A stretch of DNA of 63,910 bases, the filler included, from Thraustochytrium aureum (lineage: Eukaryota): NCBI GenBank assembly GCA_012862495.1. It is 4 parts of 2 records of this genome, joined end to end, with 100 filler letters (N's around TTAATTAATTAA, not from the genome) between each part and the next. Parts side by side here need not be neighbours in the genome. Positions count along the whole stretch, not along the records: positions 1 to 24,183 come from BLSG01000124.1; 3 more parts are not named here. One strand, 5' to 3'. Every line of letters starts with the position of its first letter. The first letter of the stretch is position 1. A model generated the notes under the pieces. The model made no database searches. It saw nothing but the letters and a program-made list of their open reading frames with translations, and was not told the DNA's origin. This document shows, piece after piece, positions 1 to 11,900 of the stretch. The position numbers were made by a program, and so were the translations under genes.

Positions 1-274
1 TTTTTTCGCTTGTTTTTCTTCTGCAGTGGGATCAAGACTCAAGAGTTGCTTTTGGTACAAGACGAACAACGAATTGGTCAGCCAACGGTCGAACGCATCC
101 TTCGCAGATGGCATCGCATCGAGTTGGTTGGCGGCTGCGCGGCAGTCGCGGTCTGAAGAGCTCGCGCAGGGTGCTCGCGCACGGTGCTCGCGCAGGGTGC
201 TCGCTGGTCAATTTGAGGCCGAGGTTTACGCGGCGCTTTGGGGACTTGCGCGCTCGGGTTGGCCTCGGCAAAGG

Positions 275-601
275 ATGGCGCCCGTGCAGCCGAGTGCCTC
301 CGCGGCCGGTGGTGGGCCCGGCCAGGAGGAGGCCGCGGAGATCAAGATGAGCAACATGTCCAAGGCGGAGGAGCAGGAGGCGGTCGGGTTTATCTTGGAG
401 GCGCTGTCGAACGGCAAGGTGGAAAAGGACGTGGCCACGATGATCAAGCGGAGTATGGATGCCTCGAGTGTGGGCGGGACCTGGCACTGCATCGTGGGCC
501 AGGACTTTGGCGCCTCGCTCTGCTTTGACAACAAGCACCTGCTCTTTGTTAGGGCGCAGGAGAAGCACGTGCTGCTCTTTCGGTCCTTTGACCAAGTCTA
601 G
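275..601 (+). CDS. Dynein light chain type 1 (LC8) family protein, 108 aa
   Basis: ATG at 275 is in frame with ORF 26..601; EKDVATMIKRSMD...GTWHCIVGQDFGA...HVLLFRS matches the LC8 signature (EKDIA..IK..FD...WHCIVG..FGS). Confidence 0.88.
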   Translation: MAPVQPSASAAGGGPGQEEAAEIKMSNMSKAEEQEAVGFILEALSNGKVEKDVATMIKRSMDASSVGGTWHCIVGQDFGASLCFDNKHLLFVRAQEKHVLLFRSFDQV

Positions 602-931
602 CTGCCACAACCGATGCCGCATCCTGATCTTGTACTCACGCACTGCTAGCCCGTGGCCCCGCGCGCGCGCTGCAGCGCTGTAAACAATAAACGCACCAAC
701 AACGTCAACCAAGCTTTTTGAGCCCTTGAATAACCATTGAAAGACAGAGTTGGGGCACGCCTCGTTGCGCTTCGTCGCTCTAGTAGCTAGCTAGCTCGAG
801 ACGAGAGAGCGGCAAGCGTCGCCCCTACCTGAGCAGCTCTGTGCCTCGCGCGCCCCGAGCGCATTCCGCAAGCCCAGCAAAACGTCAGCGTGCTTGGCAC
901 CCCGCTCATTTCTTGCTCAAGCCAGAGGGGC

Positions 932-3900
932 TCACAGCAGTTGCGCCAAAATCGACGCCGTCGTGCACAGGTCAACGCCGACGTCCACCTCCCTGTCCAA
1001 ATCGACAGGGCGGCCCTGCGTGTCATAGAGCGGCGGCGGCGCAGGCGGCCAGGGCAACGCCGGAAAGGAGCGCGAAAACTGGGCAAAGCGCAGCGGCTCG
1101 GGGATACGCGGGTTGCCCACCGCCAAGTTGGCCGTGCATTGCGCCACTACAGACCGGTACANNNNNNNNNNNNNNNNNNNNNNNNNNNNNNNNNNNNNNN
1201 NNNNNNNNNNNNNNNNNNNNNNNNNNNNNNNNNNNNNNNNNNNNNNNNNNNNNNNNNNNNNNNNNNNNNNNNNNNNNNNNNNNNNNNNNNNNNNNNNNNN
1301 NNNNNNNNNNNNNNNNNNNNNNNNNNNNNNNNNNNNNNNNNNNNNNNNNNNNNNNNNNNNNNNNNNNNNNNNNNNNNNNNNNNNNNNNNNNNNNNNNNNN
1401 NNNNNNNNNNNNNNNNNNNNNNNNNNNNNNNNNNNNNNNNNNNNNNNNNNNNNNNNNNNNNNNNNNNNNNNNNCAGGCAATCTCGACCTGATCTCGGCGC
1501 GTCTCTATCAGCAAGGTCTTGGCGTCCAGCAGCCGCAGTCGAACGATCTCGTCCAGCGCGGTCCACCACATAAGCGCTACCGCTCGGCTCGAGTGCGAAT
1601 CGGGTGTGAGGACGAGCAAAAACACCCCCTTCGCATTGAGCACGAGCCGAGCCCGCTGCTGCTGTTGCGCGTCGTCAAAGTACTGGAGCGCCCGCGGCTC
1701 ACCGGCGACGCGAAGCTGGAGAGGCGCGACACCCCGAAACACCACACCGCCCGCCAAGGGCCACATTTCCAGGTACGCAAGGTAGGCGCGCTGCAGCTCA
1801 GAAGAGCCAAGTGCGCCGCGGTCCCTATCAAAGACGTCTGACGCGAATTCAGTCGCGAACGATGCCACCTCGCTCGCAAAGCCCGCCACAACGGCTGCGA
1901 AGCGCTGCCGCCACGGCGAGTCGCTGCTCTTGGCAAGCCTTTTGCGCACGGCTGTCGGGAGGTGGCCTATGCATACGCGGACCTGGTCGACGCTGCTCAG
2001 GGCGAGGAACTGGGCGCACCCCCCCGAGATCCGCACGCTCGCCGCGAGACAGGCCAGGTAGGCGAGCGCCTCCGGATTGCTGGTGCACATCTCCCCGCGC
2101 AGCACGCTCGCCTGCCATTGCCAGAACACGAGCTCGTTGCGAAGCGGGTCTGTGCGGCGACGAAAGTGCCACAATGTCGGAGCGCAGACAAACGTTTCCA
2201 AATTTAGCCGCACTGGCTCGGGCGGGGCCGAGATGGGCGCAAGGACGCCACTTGGGCCCTTGGGGCTGCCCAGCGGCAAGTCGCGCCTCGATTCGCCAGG
2301 CTTGAGCACCTGGGCGAGAGCGCGCTCCCAGCGCCACCAATACGCGTCCGTTTCCCAAGACATGACGTGCCGGTCGCCCTCCGTGTCGACGTGCGTAAAG
2401 ACAAAGTCGCGCCACCTAGACTCGACGTCTGCGTCCTCGCTTTCCTCGCTGTCCCTATCCCGAGCGCCGCCAGAGCTGTTCCCTCTCTGCCGGCGCGGCG
2501 CAGCCTGCCGGCGCAGGAGCGCCGTACTTGTACCTTGAATTTGTTGCAGGACCTCCTCAAACGAGGTGAATGGAGAGACAGTGACGCGCGCGCCAGTCCC
2601 GTTCGCGCAGTGCACCTCGATCTCGAACGACTCCTCGTCGCAGAGGACCTGGCGCAACACGTCGAGGCGCACCGCGGTATCGGCGGCAAAAACGCGGCGC
2701 AGCCGCTTTTGAACCGGGGTCGCCTCCATCAGGCGGTGCAGGGCCTCTTGTGCCCAGCGCACCATGCGATTTGGGTTGAGCTGGCTCGTCAGACGCCCCT
2801 CAAAGACCTGGAAGAGGACCTGGCACATCGCGCGAGAGGGCTGCAGGGTCCGAAGGGCGATGACGATGAGCCGCCAGCCCCTGTCTATAGAATGCGGTGA
2901 GGGGTTGCACGTAACCTGGCAGAGGAGCTGCGCGACGAGCTCGTCGACGAGGCCGATTGTCCGGTTGGCGAAGGCAATCCCAAAGGCCTCATGCGCGGCC
3001 CCGTATCCATCTGGGTCATCGAGGCTGCGAGCCGCGTCGCCCATTGCTTGCAAAACAAGCTGGCTCAGGCGCGAAGCACCCTTCTCAAAAGCTTGCTCCA
3101 GCCTCGACTCGTCAAGAGACTTCCAATACTGGCTCATGTTCGCCTCCTCGCCCGGGCTGCTGCCACGCGGGAGGAGGGGGCGCGTCACGGCGCAGGGGCG
3201 AGGCGCGCTCGAGTACTGGAGGCGCAGCTCCCGCGGCGTCCACTTGGAGTTGAGGCGCGGAAAGGCTACGAGCTCGGCGACCAGGCCGGCGACGTCTTCC
3301 CCGCCATCCCCAGCCCCGTCTTGGTCTGCAAGCGCTGCGGCAGTTTGCTGTACAACGAGCGAGCGCGCAAAGAGGTCGTTGTGCACGACACCTGCCAGGC
3401 GGATGGAGCGCGACGCGGTCTCGTCCTCCGAAAGGTCTTGGGACATGACAAGCGAAAACATTTGCGCGTCTTGCGCCACGACGGCCGCTTGCAGCGTAGC
3501 GCTCTCGAAGCTGGTCACCTGCGAGAGTGAGAGCATCATTCCTAGTGCATACTTGGCCTGCTCGGCGGCCGCGACGCACTTTTCGACGTCCCCGTGCATG
3601 GCGGCGAAGAAAGCGCGCACGACGAGCGCGTCTGAGGCAGCGCTGCGCGCCAACCGCGCGATTGCAGCAGCCACCAGAGGATGGATGGCCGAGTCCCCAG
3701 CGCCAGGCGACGCGGCACTGGCGCCCGCTGGCTGGTCGAGTTGTCGGCCCTCCTTGGATTCGGCCTTCGCCAGCTTGGCCTCGAGCATGTAGCGCTGGAT
3801 TTGCGATGATTCTGTGGGCACGAAGATGTTGAGGCAAGACAGCGCGCGCGCGATGGTCCGAATCTGGGCGCGCACGTCCTCTGCGGACGCTCCAACTTCG

Positions 3901-5799
3901 TCAATTGCGAGCATGTTGGTGACCGAGTCAAGGAGGTCGCGCTCCATCTCGGCCGCCTTTGCAGCAACCGGGAGCTCGTCGTCAATCAGGAGACCAAGTG
4001 CCCCAGTGTCGGGCACCGCCTGGCGGTACTTGTCAAAGTATACCGAGATCCGTCGCGGCGGCTCCTCGAGCGTGTCTTCGGGCGGGCGCTCTGCCCCCTC
4101 CACAGTGCCTGCCTTGCCCTGCACATACACAATCCCTTCCGAGCTGGGGTCGATGAGTCTTCGAAGGCTGGCCACGTGCAAGAGGTGCAGCATCGCGTTC
4201 CCTTCGGCATAGAGCTTCTCGAGGGCCTCAGCGTGCTGGGCGGCGCGGCCGTCCTCGGAGACAACTTTCAAGTGGACCACCTGCATGTTGTCGCGGCGGC
4301 CTACCTGGCCTGCGGCAAGCTGGATCTGGCCGGGGAAGAGCCCAAGAAGATTGGTCGCCACCGTGAGAAGCCGGAACGGAGAGATCTCACTCCCGAATAC
4401 CACCTCTAAGAGCGGCGGCTTGCGCGGAGAGGACGAGGCGGGCTAGCCACCAGCACGCCCGCGGGCGGCGGCGCGAAGCCCGGTCTACCATTTGCGGCAG
4501 CCCGCTGGGCGTCTCCTGCCGGCGCCCAGGACCTTCTAGCTCGGGCGGCGCCATCGCCATCATGAGCCGGTCCTTTCGCTTTCTGCCGAGCTTGATCACC
4601 TGCGGCGAGCCCAGCCCGCTGCACTGCGTAAGAAATCGTTTGACGGCTTGCGTGTCGAACGAGTTGTCTTGGAGGTCGAGCGTCTGCAGCCCGCCTACGA
4701 CTGATACGTTGGTGTTGTCAATGAGCCCTTTTACCATCGCCGCCAGTCCATGGGGCGAGCTGGCGCTGGTGTCGTACAGCGAGAGCTTTTGGAGGTACGC
4801 GAGGCAGCCCAGGGCCGATGCGACCGCTATGAGACCGGCGTCGCCCATTGGGTTGCGACTAAGATCGACCTCGTGCAGCTTGGCAAGCCGACGAAGGGCC
4901 GCCCCAAGCCCCTTGCCTCCCACAGCGCCGACCTGGTTGTCGCCGAGTCTGAGCAGGCGGAGCGCCGGGAGACAGGGCAGCGTCTCAGCAAGAGCCAGAG
5001 CGCCGTCGTCAGCGATACGATTATTCGACAAGTCAAGCGCTTCGACGTGGGCGCTGGCAGCCAGAAGGCCCTTGCAGAGGAAGCCCATGGTGCGCGGCCC
5101 CAGGTCGCAGCGCCGAAGTTGCAATGTGTGCAGAGATGCATAGTTCCGAAACTGCTCGAACAATGTGACAGCGACCCGCTCGCCGAGGTCGGTGTCGGAA
5201 ATGGCAAGTTCCGTGGTGTGCTCGTTCAATAGGCAGGTGAAGGCTCGCGCCGCCTGCACGGACAGGAGCGCGTCAGACGGCCCCGCCACAGAGATGGTGG
5301 CAGGCTGGTGGATCGTGTCGCGCACGCTCTGCACGAGCTCGGCGTCGACGTCGAGGTCGCACCGCTCGCAAGCGTCCAGGTACGAGCAGATTGAAACGCA
5401 GTTGTCAAGCCAGCGTTTCCACGCTCGCATGGTGGCCTCCTCGACACCGACCACGCACACCATGTCGGTTTTCGCAGGCGACAGGATCAGCACTTGGTCG
5501 TAGTCGCCGCCTGTCACAGCTGCGCACTCCTCCCTGAGCGCCCCGTCATCCACGAACGACTTGAGCCCAACGAGGGCGCAAATTTCCGTTCCTGCGGCGC
5601 TCTCGGCGCGCTCCTCCGCGGGGCCATCCAGCTTTTGGGCCAGCGGCGAGGCGCCCCTGCGCAGGGCTACTTCCTGCGCCTCGAGGAGCTCGCGGCCGGC
5701 TTCCTGGGTGGCGAACGCGACGAGCGCCTTGCGGTCCCAGTCGACGACCACGAAGTTTTCTTCCCAATGCCGAGTGCCGACCTTGCAAGCGCACCACAT
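932..5799 (-). CDS. PH-like + RNI-type leucine-rich-repeat + MyTH4 + FERM protein with no myosin motor; probable intron near 4404-4488; internal gap; 5' end uncertain
   Basis: ORF 4387..5904 has LRRs (LHTLQLRRCDLG, VEALDLSNNRIADDGALALA, LRLLRLGDNQVG, LHEVDLSRNPMGDAG). ORF 1023..4403 has MyTH4 (LVDELVAQLLCQVTCNPSPHSIDRGWRLI) and FERM lobes (IEVHCANGTGARVTVSPFTS; LVFWQWQASVLRG; AYLAYLEMWPLAGGVVF). After the gap, the frame ending at 932 reads most protein-like. Confidence 0.75.
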
Positions 5800-6275
5800 T
5801 NNNNNNNNNNNNNNNNNNNNNNNNNNNNNNNNNNNNNNNNNNNNNNNNNNTTCTCCGGCCGCGCCTGCCGCGCCGGCCGCGCGCTCTACGCGCTCTACGC
5901 GCACTGCTCGCAGCCTCGCCTACGCGCGCGCGCACGGGTGGGCAGGCTCGGGTGCCGGGCGGAGCCTGCTCCCGTGCGGGTCTGCCCACCAACTGGCATC
6001 GAGCTGTCGTGCGCCATTGTGGGTGACTGCTCTTCCAGAGCGAGCGCACGCGTGGCTGCGCTGGGCAGGGGCTGGGATCGGCTGGGGCGAGAGGGGGCTG
6101 GGACGGCGAGGCATGGTGATGGCGCAGGGCCGCGCAAGTGGCCAGATAAATGCTCTGCACGTCAGCGTGTTGTTGCGAAGTAAGTACTTGCTCAACTCTA
6201 CCTCGGCAGGGTCCATGCCAGCCCAACGAACCGCGCGGCCCGCAGCGCTTGGCCACGGCCAGGAGCGTTCATTCC

Positions 6276-6328
6276 AGTGCGGCGTCGAGCTTCAAGTGCG
6301 GCGTCGAGCTTCAAGTGCGGCATCGAGC
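6276..6328 (+). repeat. 19-bp direct repeat AGTGCGGCGTCGAGCTTCA, about 2.8 copies
   Basis: Read directly: two exact copies and a partial third copy with one mismatch. Confidence 0.85.
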
Positions 6329-7346
6329 ATGGACGACATCGAGCGTGGAGGTAAAGATCCAGCCCAAGACCACCTGGCCATGATCCGCCAATCTGGCTTT
6401 ACTCGCCAAAACCGTGTGCACATCGCGGAATCGCAGGCCGTGGCTGCACCTGCACCTGCGAATCCTCGGCTCGCTCTGCGTTGCGCAAGCGACTCGCCCA
6501 GCGGCTGGCGAATCTCCTGCGGGCAGGAGTGAATCATGTGCAGCAGGATGTGCCCCAACTCACAGCACGTGCATGAGGCAGACCTGGCTGACGAGTTCGA
6601 GCCAGTCGCAGCGAGTCAACCAACTCGATGCCTGTCGGCCAGCCGCGCAGGCGCAGCCCGGTGGGTCAACCACGGCACCGCCAACGGGCTGAGCCCTCAA
6701 GAGAAACGCCCGTAATGAGAGAAGCCAGCAGTGTCCAGACTGACTCGGGTCGCACGAGCAGCTGCGACACAGAGGGCTTCCAGAATCTGCACGCATGGTG
6801 GGCTTGCCAGGTGCTCTAGCGAGTCGACAGACGCCACACTGGCACGCAGCCTGGCAGAGTGGTCATGAGAGAGCGGAGGGCCAATCGCAGAACGCGCGTC
6901 CGTTTCCCGTTGGAGGAGCTGGACAAACAAGTCGCTGCGTTCCGCCCGAACGTAACGGTTGTCTGCCAGAGGCTGTTGCTTTTCTTATTCTCAATGATTG
7001 AACAGGAGAGGCAGATTCAAGAGTTGCACTCCGGAATTGCATTCTGGCATCGTGGACACGCTGGCCAGGCTTACCCGACATGCGAGCAGTCCTGCAACTG
7101 CGAAGCGGAAGAGGCAGCCAGGCAGGCCGTGCACCTCGCGCGAAGGCGCTCGCCTGGCCGGCTGGCTGGCTGGCTGGCTGTCTGGGCCAGAAGATAGCAG
7201 TTTCGCGTCGTGCTTGCTGGCTGCCCCACCGCGAACGGCAAGGTGCCCGGTTGGCGGCGCTAGCCAGCGAAAGCAGCTGGGCGGGCGCCACTGCGGGCAA
7301 GCGCGAACAGGCTGCCGACGTTGGCGGCGCGCAGGCTGCGTGAGCG

Positions 7347-8758
7347 ATGGCACCTAATGCAGAGCAGGCGTCGCTGGCTGCGCAGCGCCCGCCTCTCGGC
7401 AAGGCTGCTGGGTACCTCGTGGGCGGCGCCAAAGGACCTGCTCTGGTGGGGATCGACGGCAAGTGGTACGACGTCTCGGGCCTGCTTGACGCCCATCCAG
7501 GCGGCCCGGTAATCAACGCCTTCGTCGGCCGGGACGCAACTGACGCGTTCCGCGCCTTCCACTCGCCGGCCGTCCTGGAGAAGCGGAGTCCCGTCGGCAC
7601 GTACGACGTCCTGGCGAAGAAGGCGGGCGAGAGCACCACCGCAACGGTAGAAGACGTCAAGCGCTATTTGCTGCTTCAGGCTGACTACGCCGCGCTCGAA
7701 GCAAAGTTTCGAGCGCAAGGCTGGTACAGCGACACGACGCGCTGGCTCGCCAAGCAGTGCCTGCTTTGCGCTGCCCTATTCGCCGCCATGCTCGCCGGCA
7801 TCTGTTTTGGAATTCCAGCAGCCCAACAAGCCCAGCTGAAAGGGTGGGTCGTCCCAGCTGCGCTTGGGGCGGTTCTCGCAGCATTCTGGCAGCAGTGCGG
7901 TTTCCTCATGCACGACTTCATGCACAGCAGCGTGTTCCAAGACCGTGCGCGGGATCAGCGTTGGGGCCAATTCTTCGGGACAGTGTGCCTCGGCGTTCCA
8001 TCGCGGTGGTGGAAGGACGAGCATGACGTACACCACGCGATGACGAATACATTTACCAGAGACAAGGACAGCGCCGCTTTCGACATCCAAATGCTGCAAA
8101 AGCTGTGGACGCAGGATGAGCAGATGCTGCAGTTCTCCACCGGGGAGTGCCCTGAAAACCAAAGTTCCCCTCGCTGCCCCGCTGGGCTACGATCTTTCTG
8201 ATTCGTATCCAGCACCTGACCTTCATCCCGCTGAGCGTGCTTCTCGGCCGCTTCGCGATTATTCTGGACAGCTACCAGCACGAGCCTCGCGCGCACGAGT
8301 GGACTGCGATCCGGCTCCACTGGCTCTGGATCGCAGTGCTTCTTGGGTGCTTTCCGGACTTTCGCGCAGCGGCCGTGTTCTACGCCTCGGCATCTGTGTG
8401 CCAGGGCGTGCTGCACATCCAGCTGCTTGTTTCCCACTTTGCTGAGCCCTTCGAGGAGTCAGAAGAGAGCCTGCGCAAAGGGTTTTTCGCCGAGCACCAG
8501 GTTGTGGCGTGCACCAACATCACCAACTGGCGGGCTACCGACTGGTTTTACGGCGGGCTCAACTTTCACATCGAGCATCATCTGTTTCCCCGGCTTCCCC
8601 GGCAACGGCTCCGCGAGGCAGCGCCTCTGGTTCGCGAGCTCTGCGCGAAGCACGGCCTCGAGTACAAGGAGGACACGTTTTGGGGAGTGGTGTGCAAGGT
8701 CCTCGTTCACCTCCGCGACGTGGGTCGCCTCGTGGAGGCGCCGGACATCCGCCACTGA
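7347..8758 (+). CDS. Cytochrome b5-fused front-end / sphingolipid delta-8-type fatty acid desaturase; one -1 frameshift near 8156-8165
   Basis: N-terminal b5 (IDGKWYDVSGLLDAHPGG...GRDATDAFRAFH). His boxes HDFMH (7911), HDVHH (8022) and HIEHH (8567), plus QLLVSH. Adding one base near AAAACCAAAG gives the continuous reading PENPKFPSLPRWATIFLIRIQHLTFIPLSVLLGRF. Confidence 0.9.
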
Positions 8759-8974
8759 CGCTTGCCATTGCAAGTCGATCAAGGCCCTGAGCTCGCTCAA
8801 TCAGAAGCGAATCCCAGCCTGATCACATTCACGAGTAGGTAGCGAGCTAGCGCTAGCTAGTAGAGGAGCAGATCTTCAATAGACGTAGTAAACGTTCACA
8901 TTCCCAGCTGTGCCGGCCGCGATTTTGAATTCTAGCTCTACCGCTAAAGCTCGAGAGAAAGGGCGGCGCGTCTG

Positions 8975-11900
8975 CTACACCGCGTCCTGGCGACCGCGGC
9001 TGTACCGAAGCGTCGACACAGACCCGTCTTTGAAAGAAACGAAAATAACCCCAGCAACCAGACTGTGGTCAAACTTGGCATCGAGGCAAACGATCTCCTG
9101 GTCGAAGACATATGTACGATTGCACTGCCCCGTGTAAGGGTTCCACACCTTAACCGTCCAGTCTGCGGAGCAGGTCGCGAGCCTATGCTGCGAGCTGTCG
9201 CCACCCCAACCAAACGAAGCAATACCAAGAACAGTCTCCGCGTGGCCTCGGAGAGAAGCCTTGACTTCGCCCGTTTGCGGCCGCAGGACCGTGGCGACCC
9301 GGTTCTCCAGCACGGCCCCAGCGAGCGCCTCGCTGGAGCCCAGGTCAACAAACGGCACCATCCCCGTGAAGGCGGCCGCTCGTTGTTTGGTACGAATCCG
9401 CGAGACCAACTTGGTACTCGGCATCTGGGGTGCACGATTGATCGACTGGCTCCCCTTTCGCCCAGGCGTAGCCATGCCTTTTGCGGCCTTGGCGGCCTTG
9501 GCGCGCTGGCCCCCAGCCGCGCTCGCGCGAGCGTGGTCTGCGGGCGCCGCCAGGATGCTAACGACACCAGCGAGTCGCTTGGCGACCATCCCCGCGGCGG
9601 ACGCGGCAACCGTGAGGGCCTGGGCGCCGCCGTTGGTAGCGATCTTGGCGGTGTCTGGCGTCCACACTTTTGAGCTCGTCGCGGACATCGAGGCCAGATA
9701 CGTGTTTTGGCCGACCACGTAAGCCTTGAGCGAAACAATCGGGTCGCTGGGCCCGTGCGCGACCCACTGGCCCAAGAGCAGCCGCTGCGCCACGTCGGTC
9801 AACCTCACCACGCCGTTCACGTGCGCAGCCGCGACCAAGGCCGCGCGGTCTGCTTTGGAGGCAAAGACCTCGACAGCTACGACGGACCCAAGTGCCGCCC
9901 CCTCCGCGAGCGAACCCAGCTGCACTGAGGCGCCGGTGGCGACATCGAAGGAATAGCAGACGCCATTCTTGGCCCCCGCGACAAGCGAGAGCTCGCTGCG
10001 CCGCGCCTCGCGGTAGGTGGCGAGCGCCGTCAAATGCGGCGCAGCAGAGCCAGCAGCGCCGTCCTCGGCGCTTTGCGAGGGAGCAAAGGCCGCCACCAGG
10101 CCCTTCGAGCCGTCCCAGATACACACGGAGGGACTGNNNNNNNNNNNNNNNNNNNNNNNNNNNNNNNNNNNNNNNNNNNNNNNNNNNNNNNNNNNNNNNN
10201 NNNNNNNNNNNNNNNNNNNNNNNNNNNNNNNNNNNNNNNNNNNNNNNNNNNNNNNNNNNNNNNNNNNNNNNNNNNNNNNNNNNNNNNNNNNNNNNNNNNN
10301 NNNNNNNNNNNNNNNNNNNNNNNNNNNNNNNNNNNNNNNNNNNNNNNNNNNNNNNNNNNNNNNNNNNNNNNNNNNNNNNNNNNNNNNNCGAGGTCGGTGG
10401 CCTCCTGCTTTGAGCCGCGCCGCAGCAGCTGGCCTGGGCCGTCGCGAGCAGGGAGCCACCTCCCCGTCCCACGCCAGTTGCGGCATGGCTGAAAGGCGCA
10501 GCGCGCCGTCCTCGGAGGCCGTTACGAAGAGGACGTCAGTGCCGCCCAGGCGTTGCTTTACGAGCGCCGCCATGCTGGTTATGGTGCCGTCGTGGCGCCG
10601 CTCCGAGGGGGCCAAGAGGCGGCCAGTAGCGGCATCGAGGAAACGGAGCCGCCCGTCGCTCCCTCCGTAGGCAACGCACGGCCTGGGCGAGTCGGGCACT
10701 CCTATCAGCGAGGTTGGGCGCACCCCAAGCGCGATGGCGTGCTCGACCATGGCCAATCCAGTCTCAACGCAAATCGCGACAACCTTGGTGCTGCTGGTCG
10801 AGCCCCACACCAGATAGACCTGATCGCGCGGGTCCTGGTCCTCCTCGAGCGCCGGGGTTGCTGCCGCGACAGCAGCGGCTTGCGCCACCCCGAGCGCAGC
10901 CACTGCCTGCCCGTGGACATGGGCCGGCACCTCGGTCGCCACAAGCGAAACGGAGGGCTCGTCGTCCGAGCCTGCGGCGAACTGGCCCAGCTCGATTGTG
11001 CGCAGCGGGGTATTCGTCTGGCGATACGGGTCCCACACGAGGATGGCGTCCTCGCAGGCAGAAGCCAGCTTTGGCGTCCCAAACTCGGGGTCATAGAATG
11101 CGCACAGAGCGCGCACTGGGCCCGAGTGCTGCAGAATCCGAAGCCTTTTCCCGGACGAGGGGTCCCACACCTTGGCCTTGCCGTCGCGCGACCCCGAGAC
11201 AAGCTGCGGGAGAGCGCTCGCGTTGTCTTTAACGACGGCTAGGCAGAGGACCTCGTCGTCATGTGCGCCGTCGAGCGTGAGCAGCGCCTTGCCTTGAAGG
11301 CTCCAGACCTTGATGGAGCCGTCCGCAGCGCCGGTCGCGACTCTGGGCTGGCCCGTGTTTCCGTCGGAAAATCCCGCCGAGCAGAGCACAGCAGCGCCGT
11401 TCGGGCCGTGCGCCTGCATCGCGCTGTGCTCCAGGCTACCGCCGTCTGCATCCCAGATGCGAAGCGCGCCCGCCTCGTCGCAGGACACGAGCAAAGATGA
11501 TCCAGTCAGCTCAGTGGGAGCGAACCCGCTCACGCAGCTGACTGGGCCGCGATGGCCTCGTAAGACGCGCTCACGCACCGCGTCGGGTGTGGCCTTGAGG
11601 TCGGGGCGCTCGAGGTTGAACCCGAACAACTTGCGCGCCTCGTCCAGGTCGCGCACGAGAGGGTCGCGAGAGCCCAGGAGCTTGGCGCAGCGGGCCCAGA
11701 GCTGCTCCTCGAGCGAGTCCGGTGCTAGCCTGATGGCGCGTGCGCTCAGCGCGAGCGCCTGAGCGAGCGCGGACACGCGCCTATTTTCTGAAGCGCGGCT
11801 TTCCGTGAGCGCGCGGAGCTCGCGCAACAGGTCGGCTTGCACCATCGCGCGCACGAACGGCAGCGAGACGAGCCACGAGTCGAGGACGTCCAGCTGGCCG

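Noticed and set aside
6329..7197. Short plus-strand ORFs (MDDIERGGKD..., VMRERRANRR...) upstream of the desaturase
   Set aside because: No recognisable motif, mixed codon use and fragmented frames; cannot be supported as genes.
7347..8758. Calling the desaturase, GT60 or HECT genes pseudogenes
   Set aside because: Catalytic motifs and codon bias are intact, there are no in-frame nonsense codons after repair, and the same one-base defect recurs in unrelated genes.
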